Assembly: GCA_043228905.1 (NCBI GenBank)
Contig: JBHGNT010000045.1
Coordinates: forward strand, 1 to 64,000
Direction of reading: 5' to 3'
Source: Azolla caroliniana
Taxonomy: Eukaryota; Plantae; Polypodiophyta
Length of the DNA: 64,000 nucleotides
Part shown: piece after piece, positions 27,344 to 41,700 of the stretch
How the letters are laid out: every line of letters starts with the position of its first letter
Numbering within the stretch: the stretch's first letter is position 1
Notes under the pieces: model-generated
What the model was told of the DNA's origin: nothing
What the model saw: only the letters and a program-made list of their open reading frames with translations
The model's database searches: none
Translations under genes and position numbers: made by a program

Positions 27344-30300
27344 AGCTAGCGTTGTTAGCTTCGATTCGCATGTTTGAACACAAAAATCCGATATTACACG
27401 AGCCAGGTATGAACATTTTCATTTACTCAAGGGCTCCTCTCAACTCCCTCCTCATGTTTGCTAATTTTGTCATGTCTCTCGACCTGAGTTTCAAAATCTT
27501 GATGTTTTAATTCCATATCATAGCTAGCGTTGTTAGCTTCGATTCGCATGTTTGAACACAAAAATCCGATATCACACGAGCCAGGTATGAACATTTTCAT
27601 TTACTCAAGGGCTCCTCTCAACTCCCTCCTCATGTTTGCTAATTTCGTCATGTCTCTCGACCTGTGTTTCAAAATCTTGATTTTTTAAGTGCATATCATA
27701 ACTAGCGTTGTTAGCTTCGATTCGCATGTTTGAACACAAAAATCCGATATCACACGAGCCAGGTATGAACATTTTAATTTACTGAAGGGCTTCTCTCAAC
27801 TCCCTCCTCATGTTTGCTAATTTCGTCATGTCTCTCGACCTGAGTTTCAAAATCTTGATTTTTTAATTCCATATCATAGCTAGCATTGTTAGCTTCAATT
27901 CGCATGTTTGAACACAAAAATCCGATATGACACGAGCCAGGTATGAACATTTTCATTTACTCCAGGGCTCATCTCAACTCACTACTCAAATTTGGTAATT
28001 TCGTCATGTCTCTCGACCAGAGTTTCAAAATCTTGATTTTTTAATTCCATATCATAGCTAGCGTTGTTAGCTTCGATTCGCATGTTTGAACACAAAAATC
28101 CGATATTACACGAGCGAGGTATGAACATTTTAATTTACTCAAGGGCTCTTCTCAACTCACTCCTCAAATTTGGTAATTTCGTCATGTCTCTCGACCAGAG
28201 TTTCAAAATCTTCATTTTTTAATTCCATAGCATAGCTAGCGTTGTTAGCTTCGATTCGCATGTTTGAACACAAAAATCCGATATCACACGAACCAGGTAT
28301 GAACATTTTAATTTACTCAAGGGCTTCTCTCAACTCCCTCCTCAAATTTGCTAATTTCGTCATGTCTCTCGACCTGAGTTTCAAAATCTTCATTTTTTAA
28401 TTCCATATCATAGCTAGCATTGTTAGCTTCGTTACGCATGTTTGAACACAAAAATCCGATATTACACGAGCCAGGTATGAACATTTTCATTTACTCAAGG
28501 GCTCATCTCAACTCACTACTCAAATTTGGTAATTTCGTCATGTCTCTCGACCAGAGTTTCAAAATCTTCATTTTTTAAGTCCATAGCATAGCTAGCGTTG
28601 TTAGCTTCGATTCGCATGTTTGAACACAAAAATCCGATATCACACGAGCTAGGTATGAACATTTTAATTTACTCAAGGGCTTCTCTCAACTCCCTCCTCA
28701 TGTTTGCTAATTTCGTCATGTCTCTCGACCTGTGTTTCAAAATCTTGATTTTTTAATTCCATATCATAGCTAGCGTTGTTAGCTTCGATTGGCATGTTTG
28801 AACACGAAAATCCGATAATACGCGATCCAGGTATGAACATTTTCATTTACTCAAGGGCTCTTCTCTACTCACTCCTCAAATTTGCTAATTTCGTCATGTC
28901 TCTCGACCAGAGTTTCAAAATCTTGATTTTTTAATTCCATATCATAGCTAGCATTGTTAGCTTCGATTCGCATGTTTGAACACAAAAATCCGATATCACA
29001 CGAGCCAGGTATGAACATTTTAATTTACCTCCTGACTCTTCTCAACTCACTCCTCAAATTTGGTAATTTCGTCATGTCTCTCGGATAGAGTTTTCAAAAT
29101 ATTGATTTTTTATTTCGATATCATAGGTAGTTTTGTTAGCTTCGATTCGCATGTTTGAACACAAACATCGGATATCACACGAGCCAGGTATGAACATTTT
29201 AATTTACTCAAGGGCTCCTCTCAACTCCCTCCTCATGTTTGCTAATTTCGTCATGTCTCTCGACCTGTGTTTCAAAATCTTGATTTTTTAATTCCATATC
29301 ATAGCTAGCGTTGCTAGCTTCGATTCGCATGTTTGAACACAAAAATCCGATATCACACGAGCCAGGTATCAACATTTTAATTTACTCAAGGGCTTCTCTC
29401 AACTCCCTCCTCATGTTTGCTAATTTCGTCATGTCTCTCGACTTGAGTTTCAAAATCTTGATTTTTTAATTCCATATCATAGCTAGCATTGTTAGCTTCA
29501 ATTCGCATGTTTGAACACAAAAATCCGATATCACACGAGCCAGGTATGAACATTTTAATTTACTCAAGGGCTTCTCTCAACTCCCTCCTCATGTTTGCTA
29601 ATTTCGTCATGTCTCTCGACCTGAGTTTCAAAATCTTGATTTTTTAATTCCATATCATAGCTAGCATTGTTAGCTTCGATTCGCATGTTTGAACACAAAA
29701 ATCCGATATGACACGAGCCAGGTATGAACATTTTCATTTACTCAAGGGCTCTTCTCAACTCACTCCTCAAATTTGGTAATTTCGTCATGTCTCTCGACCA
29801 GAGTTTCAAAATATTGATTTTTTAAGTGCATATCATAGCTAGCGTTGTTAGCTTCGATTCGCATGTTTGAACACAAACATCGGATATCACACGAGCCAGG
29901 TATGAACATTTTAATTTACTCAAGGGCTCCTCTCAACTCCCTCCTCATGTTTGCTAATTTCGTCATGTCTCTCGACCTGTGTTTCAGAATCTTGATTTTT
30001 TAAGTCCATATCATAGCTAGCGTTGTTAGCTTCGATTCGCATGTTTGAACACAAAAATCCGATATCACACGAGCCAGGTATGAACATTTTCATTTACTCA
30101 AGGGCTCCTCTCAACTCCCTCCTCATGTTTGCTAATTTTGTCATGTCTCTTGACCTGAGTTTCAAAATCTTGATTTTTTAATTCCATATCATAGCTAGCG
30201 TTGTTAGCTTCGATTGGCATGTTTGAACACGAAAATCCGATATCACACGAGCCAGGTATGAACATTTTAATTTACCTCCTGACTCTTCTCAACTCACTCC

Positions 30301-30370
30301 TCAAATTTGGTAATTTCGTCATGTCTCTCGACCAGAGTTTCAAAATCTTGATTTTTTAATTCCATAGCAT

Positions 30371-30481
30371 AGCTAGCGTTGTTAGCTTCGATTCGCATGT
30401 CTGAACACAAAAATCCGATATTACACCAGCCAGGTATGAACATTTTCATTTACTCAAGGGCTCCTCTCAACTCCATAGCAT
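30371..30481. repeat. Second copy of the truncated 111-bp monomer
   Basis: Identical junction ctcctctcaactccatagcatagct. Monomer starts are at 30371 and 30482. Confidence 0.95.
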
Positions 30482-33149
30482 AGCTAGCGTTGTTAGCTTC
30501 GATTCGCATGTTTGAACACAAAAATCCGATATTACACGAGCCAGGTATGAACATTTTCATTTACTCAAGGGCTCCTCTCAACTCCCTCCTCATGTTTGCT
30601 AATTTTGTCATGTCTCTCGACCTGAGTTTCAAAATCTTGATGTTTTAATTCCATATCATAGCTAGCGTTGTTAGCTTCGATTCGCATGTTTGAACACAAA
30701 AATCCGATATCACACGAGCCAGGTATGAACATTTTCATTTACTCAAGGGCTCCTCTCAACTCCCTCCTCATGTTTGCTAATTTCGTCATGTCTCTCGACC
30801 TGTGTTTCAAAATCTTGATTTTTTAAGTGCATATCATAACTAGCGTTGTTAGCTTCGATTCGCATGTTTGAACACAAAAATCCGATATCACACGAGCCAG
30901 GTATGAACATTTTAATTTACTGAAGGGCTTCTCTCAACTCCCTCCTCATGTTTGCTAATTTCGTCATGTCTCTCGACCTGAGTTTCAAAATCTTGATTTT
31001 TTAATTCCATATCATAGCTAGCATTGTTAGCTTCAATTCGCATGTTTGAACACAAAAATCCGATATGACACGAGCCAGGTATGAACATTTTCATTTACTC
31101 CAGGGCTCATCTCAACTCACTACTCAAATTTGGTAATTTCGTCATGTCTCTCGACCAGAGTTTCAAAATCTTGATTTTTTAATTCCATATCATAGCTAGC
31201 GTTGTTAGCTTCGATTCGCATGTTTGAACACAAAAATCCGATATTACACGAGCGAGGTATGAACATTTTAATTTACTCAAGGGCTCTTCTCAACTCACTC
31301 CTCAAATTTGGTAATTTCGTCATGTCTCTCGACCAGAGTTTCAAAATCTTCATTTTTTAATTCCATAGCATAGCTAGCGTTGTTAGCTTCGATTCGCATG
31401 TTTGAACACAAAAATCCGATATCACACGAACCAGGTATGAACATTTTAATTTACTCAAGGGCTTCTCTCAACTCCCTCCTCAAATTTGCTAATTTCGTCA
31501 TGTCTCTCGACCTGAGTTTCAAAATCTTCATTTTTTAATTCCATATCATAGCTAGCATTGTTAGCTTCGTTACGCATGTTTGAACACAAAAATCCGATAT
31601 TACACGAGCCAGGTATGAACATTTTCATTTACTCAAGGGCTCATCTCAACTCACTACTCAAATTTGGTAATTTCGTCATGTCTCTCGACCAGAGTTTCAA
31701 AATCTTCATTTTTTAAGTCCATAGCATAGCTAGCGTTGTTAGCTTCGATTCGCATGTTTGAACACAAAAATCCGATATCACACGAGCTAGGTATGAACAT
31801 TTTAATTTACTCAAGGGCTTCTCTCAACTCCCTCCTCATGTTTGCTAATTTCGTCATGTCTCTCGACCTGTGTTTCAAAATCTTGATTTTTTAATTCCAT
31901 ATCATAGCTAGCGTTGTTAGCTTCGATTGGCATGTTTGAACACGAAAATCCGATAATACACGATCCAGGTATGAACATTTTCATTTACTCAAGGGCTCTT
32001 CTCTACTCACTCCTCAAATTTGCTAATTTCGTCATGTCTCTCGACCAGAGTTTCAAAATCTTGATTTTTTAATTCCATATCATAGCTAGCATTGTTAGCT
32101 TCGATTCGCATGTTTGAACACAAAAATCCGATATCACACGAGCCAGGTATGAACATTTTAATTTACCTCCTGACTCTTCTCAACTCACTCCTCAAATTTG
32201 GTAATTTCGTCATGTCTCTCGGATAGAGTTTTCAAAATATTGATTTTTTATTTCGATATCATAGGTAGTTTTGTTAGCTTCGATTCGCATGTTTGAACAC
32301 AAACATCGGATATCACACGAGCCAGGTATGAACATTTTAATTTACTCAAGGGCTCCTCTCAACTCCCTCCTCATGTTTGCTAATTTCGTCATGTCTCTCG
32401 ACCTGTGTTTCAAAATCTTGATTTTTTAATTCCATATCATAGCTAGCGTTGCTAGCTTCGATTCGCATGTTTGAACACAAAAATCCGATATCACACGAGC
32501 CAGGTATCAACATTTTAATTTACTCAAGGGCTTCTCTCAACTCCCTCCTCATGTTTGCTAATTTCGTCATGTCTCTCGACTTGAGTTTCAAAATCTTGAT
32601 TTTTTAATTCCATATCATAGCTAGCATTGTTAGCTTCAATTCGCATGTTTGAACACAAAAATCCGATATCACACGAGCCAGGTATGAACATTTTAATTTA
32701 CTCAAGGGCTTCTCTCAACTCCCTCCTCATGTTTGCTAATTTCGTCATGTCTCTCGACCTGAGTTTCAAAATCTTGATTTTTTAATTCCATATCATAGCT
32801 AGCATTGTTAGCTTCGATTCGCATGTTTGAACACAAAAATCCGATATGACACGAGCCAGGTATGAACATTTTCATTTACTCAAGGGCTCTTCTCAACTCA
32901 CTCCTCAAATTTGGTAATTTCGTCATGTCTCTCGACCAGAGTTTCAAAATATTGATTTTTTAAGTGCATATCATAGCTAGCGTTGTTAGCTTCGATTCGC
33001 ATGTTTGAACACAAACATCGGATATCACACGAGCCAGGTATGAACATTTTTATTTACTCAAGGGCTCCTCTCAACTCCCTCCTCATGTTTGCTAATTTCG
33101 TCATGTCTCTCGACCTGTGTTTCAGAATCTTGATTTTTTAAGTCCATAT

Positions 33150-36100
33150 CATAGCTAGCGTTGTTAGCTTCGATTCGCATGTTTGAACACAAAAATCCGA
33201 TATCACACGAGCCAGGTATGAACATTTTCATTTACTCAAGGGCTCCTCTCAACTCCCTCCTCAGGTTTGCTAATTTCGTCATGTCTCTCGACCTGTGTTT
33301 CAAAATCTTGATTTTTTAATTCCATATCATAGCTAGCGTTGTTAGCTTCGATTCGCATGTTTGAACACAAAAATCCGATATCACACGAGCCAGGTATGAA
33401 CATTTTAATTTACTGAAGGGCTTCTCTCAACTCCCTCCTCATGTTTGCTAATTTCGTCATGTCTCTCGACTTGAGTTTCAAAATCTTGATTTTTTAATTC
33501 CATATCATAGCTAGCATTGTTAGCTTCGATTCGCATGTTTGAACACAAAAATCCGATATGACACGAGCCAGGTATGAACATTTTCATTTACTCAAGGGCT
33601 CTTCTCAACTCACTCCTCAAATTTGGTAATTTCGTCATGTCTCTCGACCTGAGTTTCAAAATATTGATTTTTTAATTCCATATCATAGCTAGCATTGTTA
33701 GCTTCGATTGGCATGTTTGAACACAAAAATCCGATATTACACGAGCCAGGTATGAACATTTTCATTTACTCAAGGGCTCCTCTCAACTCCCTCCTCAAAT
33801 TTGGTAATTTCGTCATGTCTCTCGACCAGAGTTTCAAAATCTTCATTTTTTAATTCCATAGCATAGCTAGCGTTGTTAGCTTCGATTCGCATGTTTGAAC
33901 ACAAAAATCCGATATTACACGAGCCAGGTATGAACATTTTCATTTACTCAAGGGCTCCTCTCAACTCCCTCCTCATGTTTGCTAATTTTGTCATGTCTCT
34001 CGACCTGAGTTTCAAAATCTTGATGTTTTAATTCCATATCATAGCTAGCGTTGTTAGCTTCGATTCGCATGTTTGAACACAAAAATCCGATATCACACGA
34101 GCCAGGTATGAACATTTTCATTTACTCAAGGGCTCCTCTCAACTCCCTCCTCATGTTTGCTAATTTCGTCATGTCTCTCGACCTGTGTTTCAAAATCTTG
34201 ATTTTTTAAGTGCATATCATAACTAGCGTTGTTAGCTTCGATTCGCATGTTTGAACACAAAAATCCGATATCACACGAGCCAGGTATGAACATTTTAATT
34301 TACTGAAGGGCTTCTCTCAACTCCCTCCTCATGTTTGCTAATTTCGTCATGTCTCTCGACCTGAGTTTCAAAATCTTGATTTTTTAATTCCATATCATAG
34401 CTAGCATTGTTAGCTTCAATTCGCATGTTTGAACACAAAAATCCGATATGACACGAGCCAGGTATGAACATTTTCATTTACTCAAGGGCTCTTCTCAACT
34501 CACTCCTCAAATTTGGTAATTTCGTCATGTCTCTCGACCTGAGTTTCAAAATATTGATTTTTTAATTCCATATCATAGCTAGCGTTGTTAGCTTCGATTC
34601 GCATGTTTGAACACAAAAATCCGATATGACACGAGCCAGGTATGAACATTTTAATTTACTCAAGGGCTCCTCTCAACTCCCTCCTCATGTTTGCTAATTT
34701 TGTCATGTCTCTTGACCTGAGTTTCAAAATCTTGATTTTTTAATTCCATATCATAGCTAGCGTTGTTAGCTTCGATTGGCATGTTTGAACACGAAAATCC
34801 GATATCACACGAGCCAGGTATGAACATTTTAATTTACCTCCTGACTCTTCTCAACTCACTCCTCAAATTTGGTAATTTCGTCATGTCTCTCGACCAGAGT
34901 TTCAAAATCTTGATTTTTTAATTCCATAGCATAGCTAGCGTTGTTAGCTTCGATTCGCATGTCTGAACACAAAAATCCGATATTACACCAGCCAGGTATG
35001 AACATTTTCATTTACTCAAGGGCTCCTCTCAACTCACTACTCAAATTTGGTAATTTCGTCATGTCTCTCGACCAGAGTTTGAAAATCTTGATTTTTTAAT
35101 TCCATAGCATAGCTAGCGTTGTTAGCTTCGATTCGCATGTTTGAACACAAAAATCCGATATTACACCAGCCAGGTATGAACATTTTCATTTACTCAAGGG
35201 CTCCTCTCAACTCCCTCCTCATGTTTGCTAATTTTGTCATGTCTCTCGACCTGAGTTTCAAAATCTTGATTTTTTAATTCCATATCATAGCTAGCGTTGT
35301 TAGCTTCGATTCGCATGTTTGAACACAAAAATCCGATATCACACGAGCCAGGTATGAACATTTTCATTTACTCCAGGGCTCATCTCAACTCACTACTCAA
35401 ATTTGGTAATTTCGTCATGTCTCTCGACCAGAGTTTCAAAATCTTGATTTTTTAAGTCCATATCATAGCTAGCGTTGTTAGCTTCGATTCGCATGTTTGA
35501 ACACAAAAATCCGATATTACACGAGCGAGGTATGAACATTTTAATTTACTCAAGGGCTCTTCTCAACTCACTCCTCAAATTTGGTAATTTCGTCATGTCT
35601 CTCGACCAGAGTTTCAAAATCTTCATTTTTTAATTCCATAGCATAGCTAGCGTTGTTAGCTTCGATTCGCATGTTTGAACACAAAAATCCGATATCACAC
35701 GAACCAGGTATGAACATTTTAATTTACTCAAGGGCTTCTCTCAACTCCCTCCTCAAATTTGCTAATTTCGTCATGTCTCTCGACCTGAGTTTCAAAATCT
35801 TCATTTTTTAATTCCATATCATAGCTAGCATTGTTAGCTTCGTTACGCATGTTTGAACACAAAAATCCGATATTACACGAGCCAGGTATGAACATTTTCA
35901 TTTACTCAAGGGCTCTTCTCAACTCACTACTCAAATTTGGTAATTTCGTCATGTCTCTCGACCAGAGTTTCAAAATCTTCATTTTTTAATTCCATAGCAT
36001 AGCTAGCGTTGTTAGCTTCGATTCGCATGTTTGAACACAAAAATCCGATATCACACGAGCTAGGTATGAACATTTTAATTTACTCAAGGGCTTCTCTCAA

Positions 36101-36780
36101 CTCCCTCCTCATGTTTGCTAATTTCGTCATGTCTCTCGACCTGTGTTTCAAAATCTTGATTTTTTAATTCCATATCATAGCTAGCGTTGTTAGCTTCGAT
36201 TGGCATGTTTGAACACGAAAATCCGATAATACACGATCCAGGTATGAACATTTTCATTTACTCAAGGGCTCTTCTCTACTCACTCCTCAAATTTGCTAAT
36301 TTCGTCATGTCTCTCGACCAGAGTTTCAAAATCTTGATTTTTTAATTCCATATCATAGCTAGCATTGTTAGCTTCGATTCGCATGTTTGAACACAAAAAT
36401 CCGATATGACACGAGCCAGGTATGAACATTTTCATTTACTCAAGGGCTCTTCTCAACTCACTCGTCAAATTTGGTAATTTCGTCATGTCTCTCGACCAGA
36501 GTTTCAAAATATTGATTTTTTAAGTGCATATCATAGCTAGCGTTGTTAGCTTCGATTCGCATGTTTGAACACAAACATCGGATATCACACGAGCCAGGTA
36601 TGAACATTTTAATTTACTCAAGGGCTCCTCTCAACTCCCTCCTCATGTTTGCTAATTTCGTCATGTCTCTCGACCTGTGTTTCAGAATCTTGATTTTTTA
36701 AGTCCATATCATAGCTAGCGTTGTTAGCTTCGATTCGCATGTTTGAACACAAAAATCCGATATCACACGAGCCAGGTATC
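33150..36780. repeat. ~20-monomer block copy of ~23310-26940 (offset 9836 bp)
   Basis: Markers at offset 9836: tcaggtttg 23425/33261, ORFs 23569/33405 and 24459/34295, gcatgtctga 25121/34957, gagcgagg ~25687/35523, gagctagg 26221/36057. Confidence 0.88.
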
Positions 36781-38710
36781 AACATTTTAATTTACTCAAG
36801 GGCTTCTCTCAACTCCCTCCTCATGTTTGCTAATTTCGTCATGTCTCTCGACTTGAGTTTCAAAATCTTGATTTTTTAATTCCATATCATAGCTAGCATT
36901 GTTAGCTTCAATTCGCATGTTTGAACACAAAAATCCGATATCACACGAGCCAGGTATGAACATTTTAATTTACTCAAGGGCTTCTCTCAACTCCCTCCTC
37001 ATGTTTGCTAATTTCGTCATGTCTCTCGACCTGAGTTTCAAAATATTGATTTTTTAATTCCATATCATAGCTAGCGTTGTTAGCTTCGATTCGCATGTTT
37101 GAACACAAAAATCCGATATTACACGAGCGAGGTATGAACATTTTAATTTACTCAAGGGCTCTTCTCAACTCACTCCTCAAATTTGGTAATTTCGTCATGT
37201 CTCTCGACCAGAGTTTCAAAATCTTCATTTTTTAATTCCATAGCATAGCTAGCGTTGTTAGCTTCGATTCGCATGTTTGAACACAAAAATCCGATATCAC
37301 ACGAACCAGGTATGAACATTTTAATTTACTCAAGGGCTTCTCTCAACTCCCTCCTCAAATTTGCTAATTTCGTCATGTCTCTCGACCTGAGTTTCAAAAT
37401 CTTCATTTTTTAATTCCATATCATAGCTAGCATTGTTAGCTTCGTTACGCATGTTTGAACACAAAAATCCGATATTACACGAGCCAGGTATGAACATTTT
37501 CATTTACTCAAGGGCTCATCTCAACTCACTACTCAAATTTGGTAATTTCGTCATGTCTCTCGACCAGAGTTTCAAAATCTTCATTTTTTAATTCCATAGC
37601 ATAGCTAGCGTTGTTAGCTTCGATTCGCATGTTTGAACACAAAAATCCGATATCACACGAGCTAGGTATGAACATTTTAATTTACTCAAGGGCTTCTCTC
37701 AACTCCCTCCTCATGTTTGCTAATTTCGTCATGTCTCTCGACCTGTGTTTCAAAATCTTGATTTTTTAATTCCATATCATAGCTAGCGTTGTTAGCTTCG
37801 ATTGGCATGTTTGAACACGAAAATCCGATAATACACGATCCAGGTATGAACATTTTCATTTACTCAAGGGCTCTTCTCTACTCACTCCTCAAATTTGCTA
37901 ATTTCGTCATGTCTCTCGACCAGAGTTTCAAAATCTTGATTTTTTAATTCCATATCATAGCTAGCATTGTTAGCTTCGATTCGCATGTTTGAACACAAAA
38001 ATCCGATATGACACGAGCCAGGTATGAACATTTTCATTTACTCAAGGGCTCTTCTCAACTCACTCGTCAAATTTGGTAATTTCGTCATGTCTCTCGACCA
38101 GAGTTTCAAAATATTGATTTTTTAAGTGCATATCATAGCTAGCGTTGTTAGCTTCGATTCGCATGTTTGAACACAAACATCGGATATCACACGAGCCAGG
38201 TATGAACATTTTAATTTACTCAAGGGCTCCTCTCAACTCCCTCCTCATGTTTGCTAATTTCGTCATGTCTCTCGACCTGTGTTTCAGAATCTTGATTTTT
38301 TAAGTCCATATCATAGCTAGCGTTGTTAGCTTCGATTCGCATGTTTGAACACAAAAATCCGATATCACACGAGCCAGGTATCAACATTTTAATTTACTCA
38401 AGGGCTTCTCTCAACTCCCTCCTCATGTTTGCTAATTTCGTCATGTCTCTCGACTTGAGTTTCAAAATCTTGATTTTTTAATTCCATATCATAGCTAGCA
38501 TTGTTAGCTTCAATTCGCATGTTTGAACACAAAAATCCGATATCACACGAGCCAGGTATGAACATTTTAATTTACTCAAGGGCTTCTCTCAACTCCCTCC
38601 TCATGTTTGCTAATTTCGTCATGTCTCTCGACCTGAGTTTCAAAATATTGATTTTTTAATTCCATATCATAGCTAGCGTTGTTAGCTTCGATTCGCATGT
38701 TTGAACACAA
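35470..38710. repeat. 9-monomer HOR (1602 bp), two tandem copies
   Basis: gagcgagg 35523/37125 and ctcgtcaaat 36461/38063. The cgaacc, cgttacg, gataatac and gtatcaac markers also repeat at offset 1602. Confidence 0.9.
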
Positions 38711-41700
38711 AAATCCGATATCACACGAGCCAGGTATGAACATTTTCATTTACTCAAGGGCTCTTCTCAACTCACTCCTCAAATTTGCTAATTTCGTCAT
38801 GTCTCTCGACCAGAGTTTCAAAATCTTGATTTTTTAATTCCATAGCATAGCTAGCGTTGTTAGCTTCGATTCGCATGTTTGAACACAAAAATCCGATATT
38901 ACACGAGCCAGGTATGAACATTTTCATTTACTCAAGGGCTCCTCTCAACTCACTCCTCAAATTTGGTAATTTCGTCATGTCTCTCGACCAGAATTTCAAA
39001 ATCTTGATTTTTTAATTCCATAGCATAGCTAGCGTTGTTAGCTTCGATTCGCATGTTTGAACACAAAAATCCGATATTACACCAGCCAGGTATGAACATT
39101 TTCATTTACTCAAGGGCTCCTCTCAACTCCCTCCTCATGTTTGCTAATTTTGTCATGTCTCTCGACCTGAGTTTCAAAATCTTGATGTTTTAATTCCATA
39201 TCATAGCTAGCGTTGTTAGCTTCGATTCGCATGTTTGAACACAAAAATCCGATATCACACGAGCCAGGTATGAACATTTTCATTTACTCAAGGGCTCATC
39301 TCAACTCACTACTCAAATTTGGTAATTTCGTCATGTCTCTCGACCAGAGTTTCAAAATCTTGATTTTTTAAGTCCATATCATAGCTAGCGTTGTTAGCTT
39401 CGATTCGCATGTTTGAACACAAAAATCCGATATTACACGAGCCAGGTATGAACATTTTAATTTACTCAAGGGCTCCTCTCAACTCCCTCCTCATGTTTGC
39501 TAATTTTGTCATGTCTCTTGACCTGAGTTTCAAAATCTTGATTTTTTAATTCCATATCATAGCTAGCGTTGTTAGCTTCGATTGGCATGTTTGAACACGA
39601 AAATCCGATATCACACGAGCCAGGTATGAACATTTTAATTTACTCAAGGGCTCTTCTCAACTCACTCCTCAAATTTGGTAATTTCGTCATGTCTCTCGGA
39701 TAGAGTTTCAAAATATTGATTTTTTATTTCCATATCGTAGGTAGTGTTGTTAGCTTTGATTCGCATGTTTGAACACAAAAATCCGATATCACACGAGCCA
39801 GGTATGAACATTTTCATTTACTCAAGGGCTCACCTCAACTCACTACTCAAATTTGGTAATTTCGTCATGTCTCTCGACCAGAGTTTCAAAATCTTGATTT
39901 TTTAAGTGCATATCATAGCTAGCGTTGTTAGCTTCGATTCGCATGTTTGAACACAAACATCGGATATCACACGAGCCAGGTATGAACATTTTAATTTACT
40001 CAAGGGCTCCTCTCAACTCCCTCCTCATGTTTGCTAATTTCGTCTTGTCTCTCGACCTGTGTTTCAGAATCTTGATTTTTTAAGTCCATATCATAGCTAG
40101 CGTTGTTAGCTTCGATTCGCATGTTTGAACACAAAAATCCGATATCACACGAGCCAGGTATGAACATTTTAATTTACTCAAGGGCTTCTCTCAACTCCCT
40201 CCTCATGTTTGCTAATTTCGTCATGTCTCTCGACTTGAGTTTCAAAATCTTGATTTTTTAATTCCATATCATAGCTAGCATTGTTAGCTTCAATTCGCAT
40301 GTTTGAACACAAAAATCCGATATGACACGAGCCAGGTATGAACATTTTCATTTACTCAAGGGCTCTTCTCAACTCACTCCTCAAATTTGGTAATTTCGTC
40401 ATGTCTCTCGACCTGAGTTTCAAAATATTGATTTTTTAATTCCATATCATAGCTAGCATTGTTAGCTTCGATTGGCATGTTTGAACACAAAAATCCAATA
40501 TTACACGAGCCAGGTATGAACATTTTCATTTACTCAAGGGCTCCTCTCAACTCCCTCCTCAAATTTGGTAATTTCGTCATGTCTCTCGACCAGAGTTTCA
40601 AAATCTTGATTTTTTAATTCCATAGCATAGCTAGCGTTGTTAGCTTTGATTCGCATGTTTGAACACAAAAATCCGATATTACACGAGCCAGGTATGAACA
40701 TTTTCATTTACTCAAGGACTCCTCTCAACTCCCTCCTCAAATTTGGTAATTTCATCATGTCTCTCGACCAGAGTTTCAAAATCTTGATTTTTTAAGTCCA
40801 TATCATAGCTAGCGTTGTTAGCTTCGATTCGCATGTTTGAACACAAACATCGGATATCACACGAGCCAGGTATGAACATTTTAATTTACTCAAGGGCTCC
40901 TCTCAACTCCCTCCTCATGTTTGCTAATTTCGTCATGTCTCTCGACTTGAGTTTTAAAATCTTCATTTTTTAATTCCATATCATAGCTAGCGTTGTTAGC
41001 TTCGATTCGCATGTTTGAACACAAAAATCCGATATCACACGAGCCAGGTATGAACATTTTCATTTACTCAAGGGCTCTTCTCAACTCACTCCTCAAATTT
41101 GCTAATTTCGTCATGTCTCTCGACCAGAGTTTCAAAATCTTGATTTTTTAATTCCATAGCATAGCTAGCGTTGTTAGCTTCGATTCGCATGTTTGAACAC
41201 AAAAATCCGATATTACACCAGCCAGGTATGAACATTTTCATTTACTCAAGGGCTCCTCTCAACTCCCTCCTCATGTTTGCTAATTTTGTCATGTCTCTCG
41301 ACCTGTGTTTCAAAATCTTGATTTTTTAATTCCATATCATAGCTAGCGTTGTTAGCTTCGCTTCGCATGTTTGAACACAAAAATCCGATATCACACGAGC
41401 CAGGTATGAACATTTTAATTTACTCAAGGGCTTCTCTCAACTCCCTCCTCATGTTTGCTAATTTCGTCATGTCTCTCGACTTGAGTTTCAAAATCTTGAT
41501 TTTTTAATTCCATATCATAGCTAGCATTGTTAGCTTCAATTCGCATGTTTGAACACAAAAATCCGATATGACACGAGCCAGGTATGAACATTTTCATTTA
41601 CTCAAGGGCTCTTCTCAACTCACTCCTCAAATTTGGTAATTTCGTCATGTCTCTCGACCTGAGTTTCAAAATATTGATTTTTTAATTCCATATCATAGCT

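Larger units (their letters stand above)
26490..33260. repeat. 18-monomer HOR (3138 bp) containing a 111-bp truncated monomer, two full copies plus a partial third
   Basis: Truncated monomers lie at 27233-27343 and 30371-30481. Identical ORFs start at 27774 and 30912 (offset 3138). tttcgatatc ~29114/~32251 and gtatcaac ~29366/~32504 follow the same offset. 3138 = 16x178 + 179 + 111. Confidence 0.92.

Noticed and set aside
12354-34477. Nine 60-68 aa minus-strand ORFs (MKMFIPG...)
   Set aside because: Each is simply one satellite monomer in which a SNP (actcaa>actgaa or acacaa) removes the usual minus-strand TGA stop. There is no recognisable domain or gene context, and their recurrence follows the HOR duplications.
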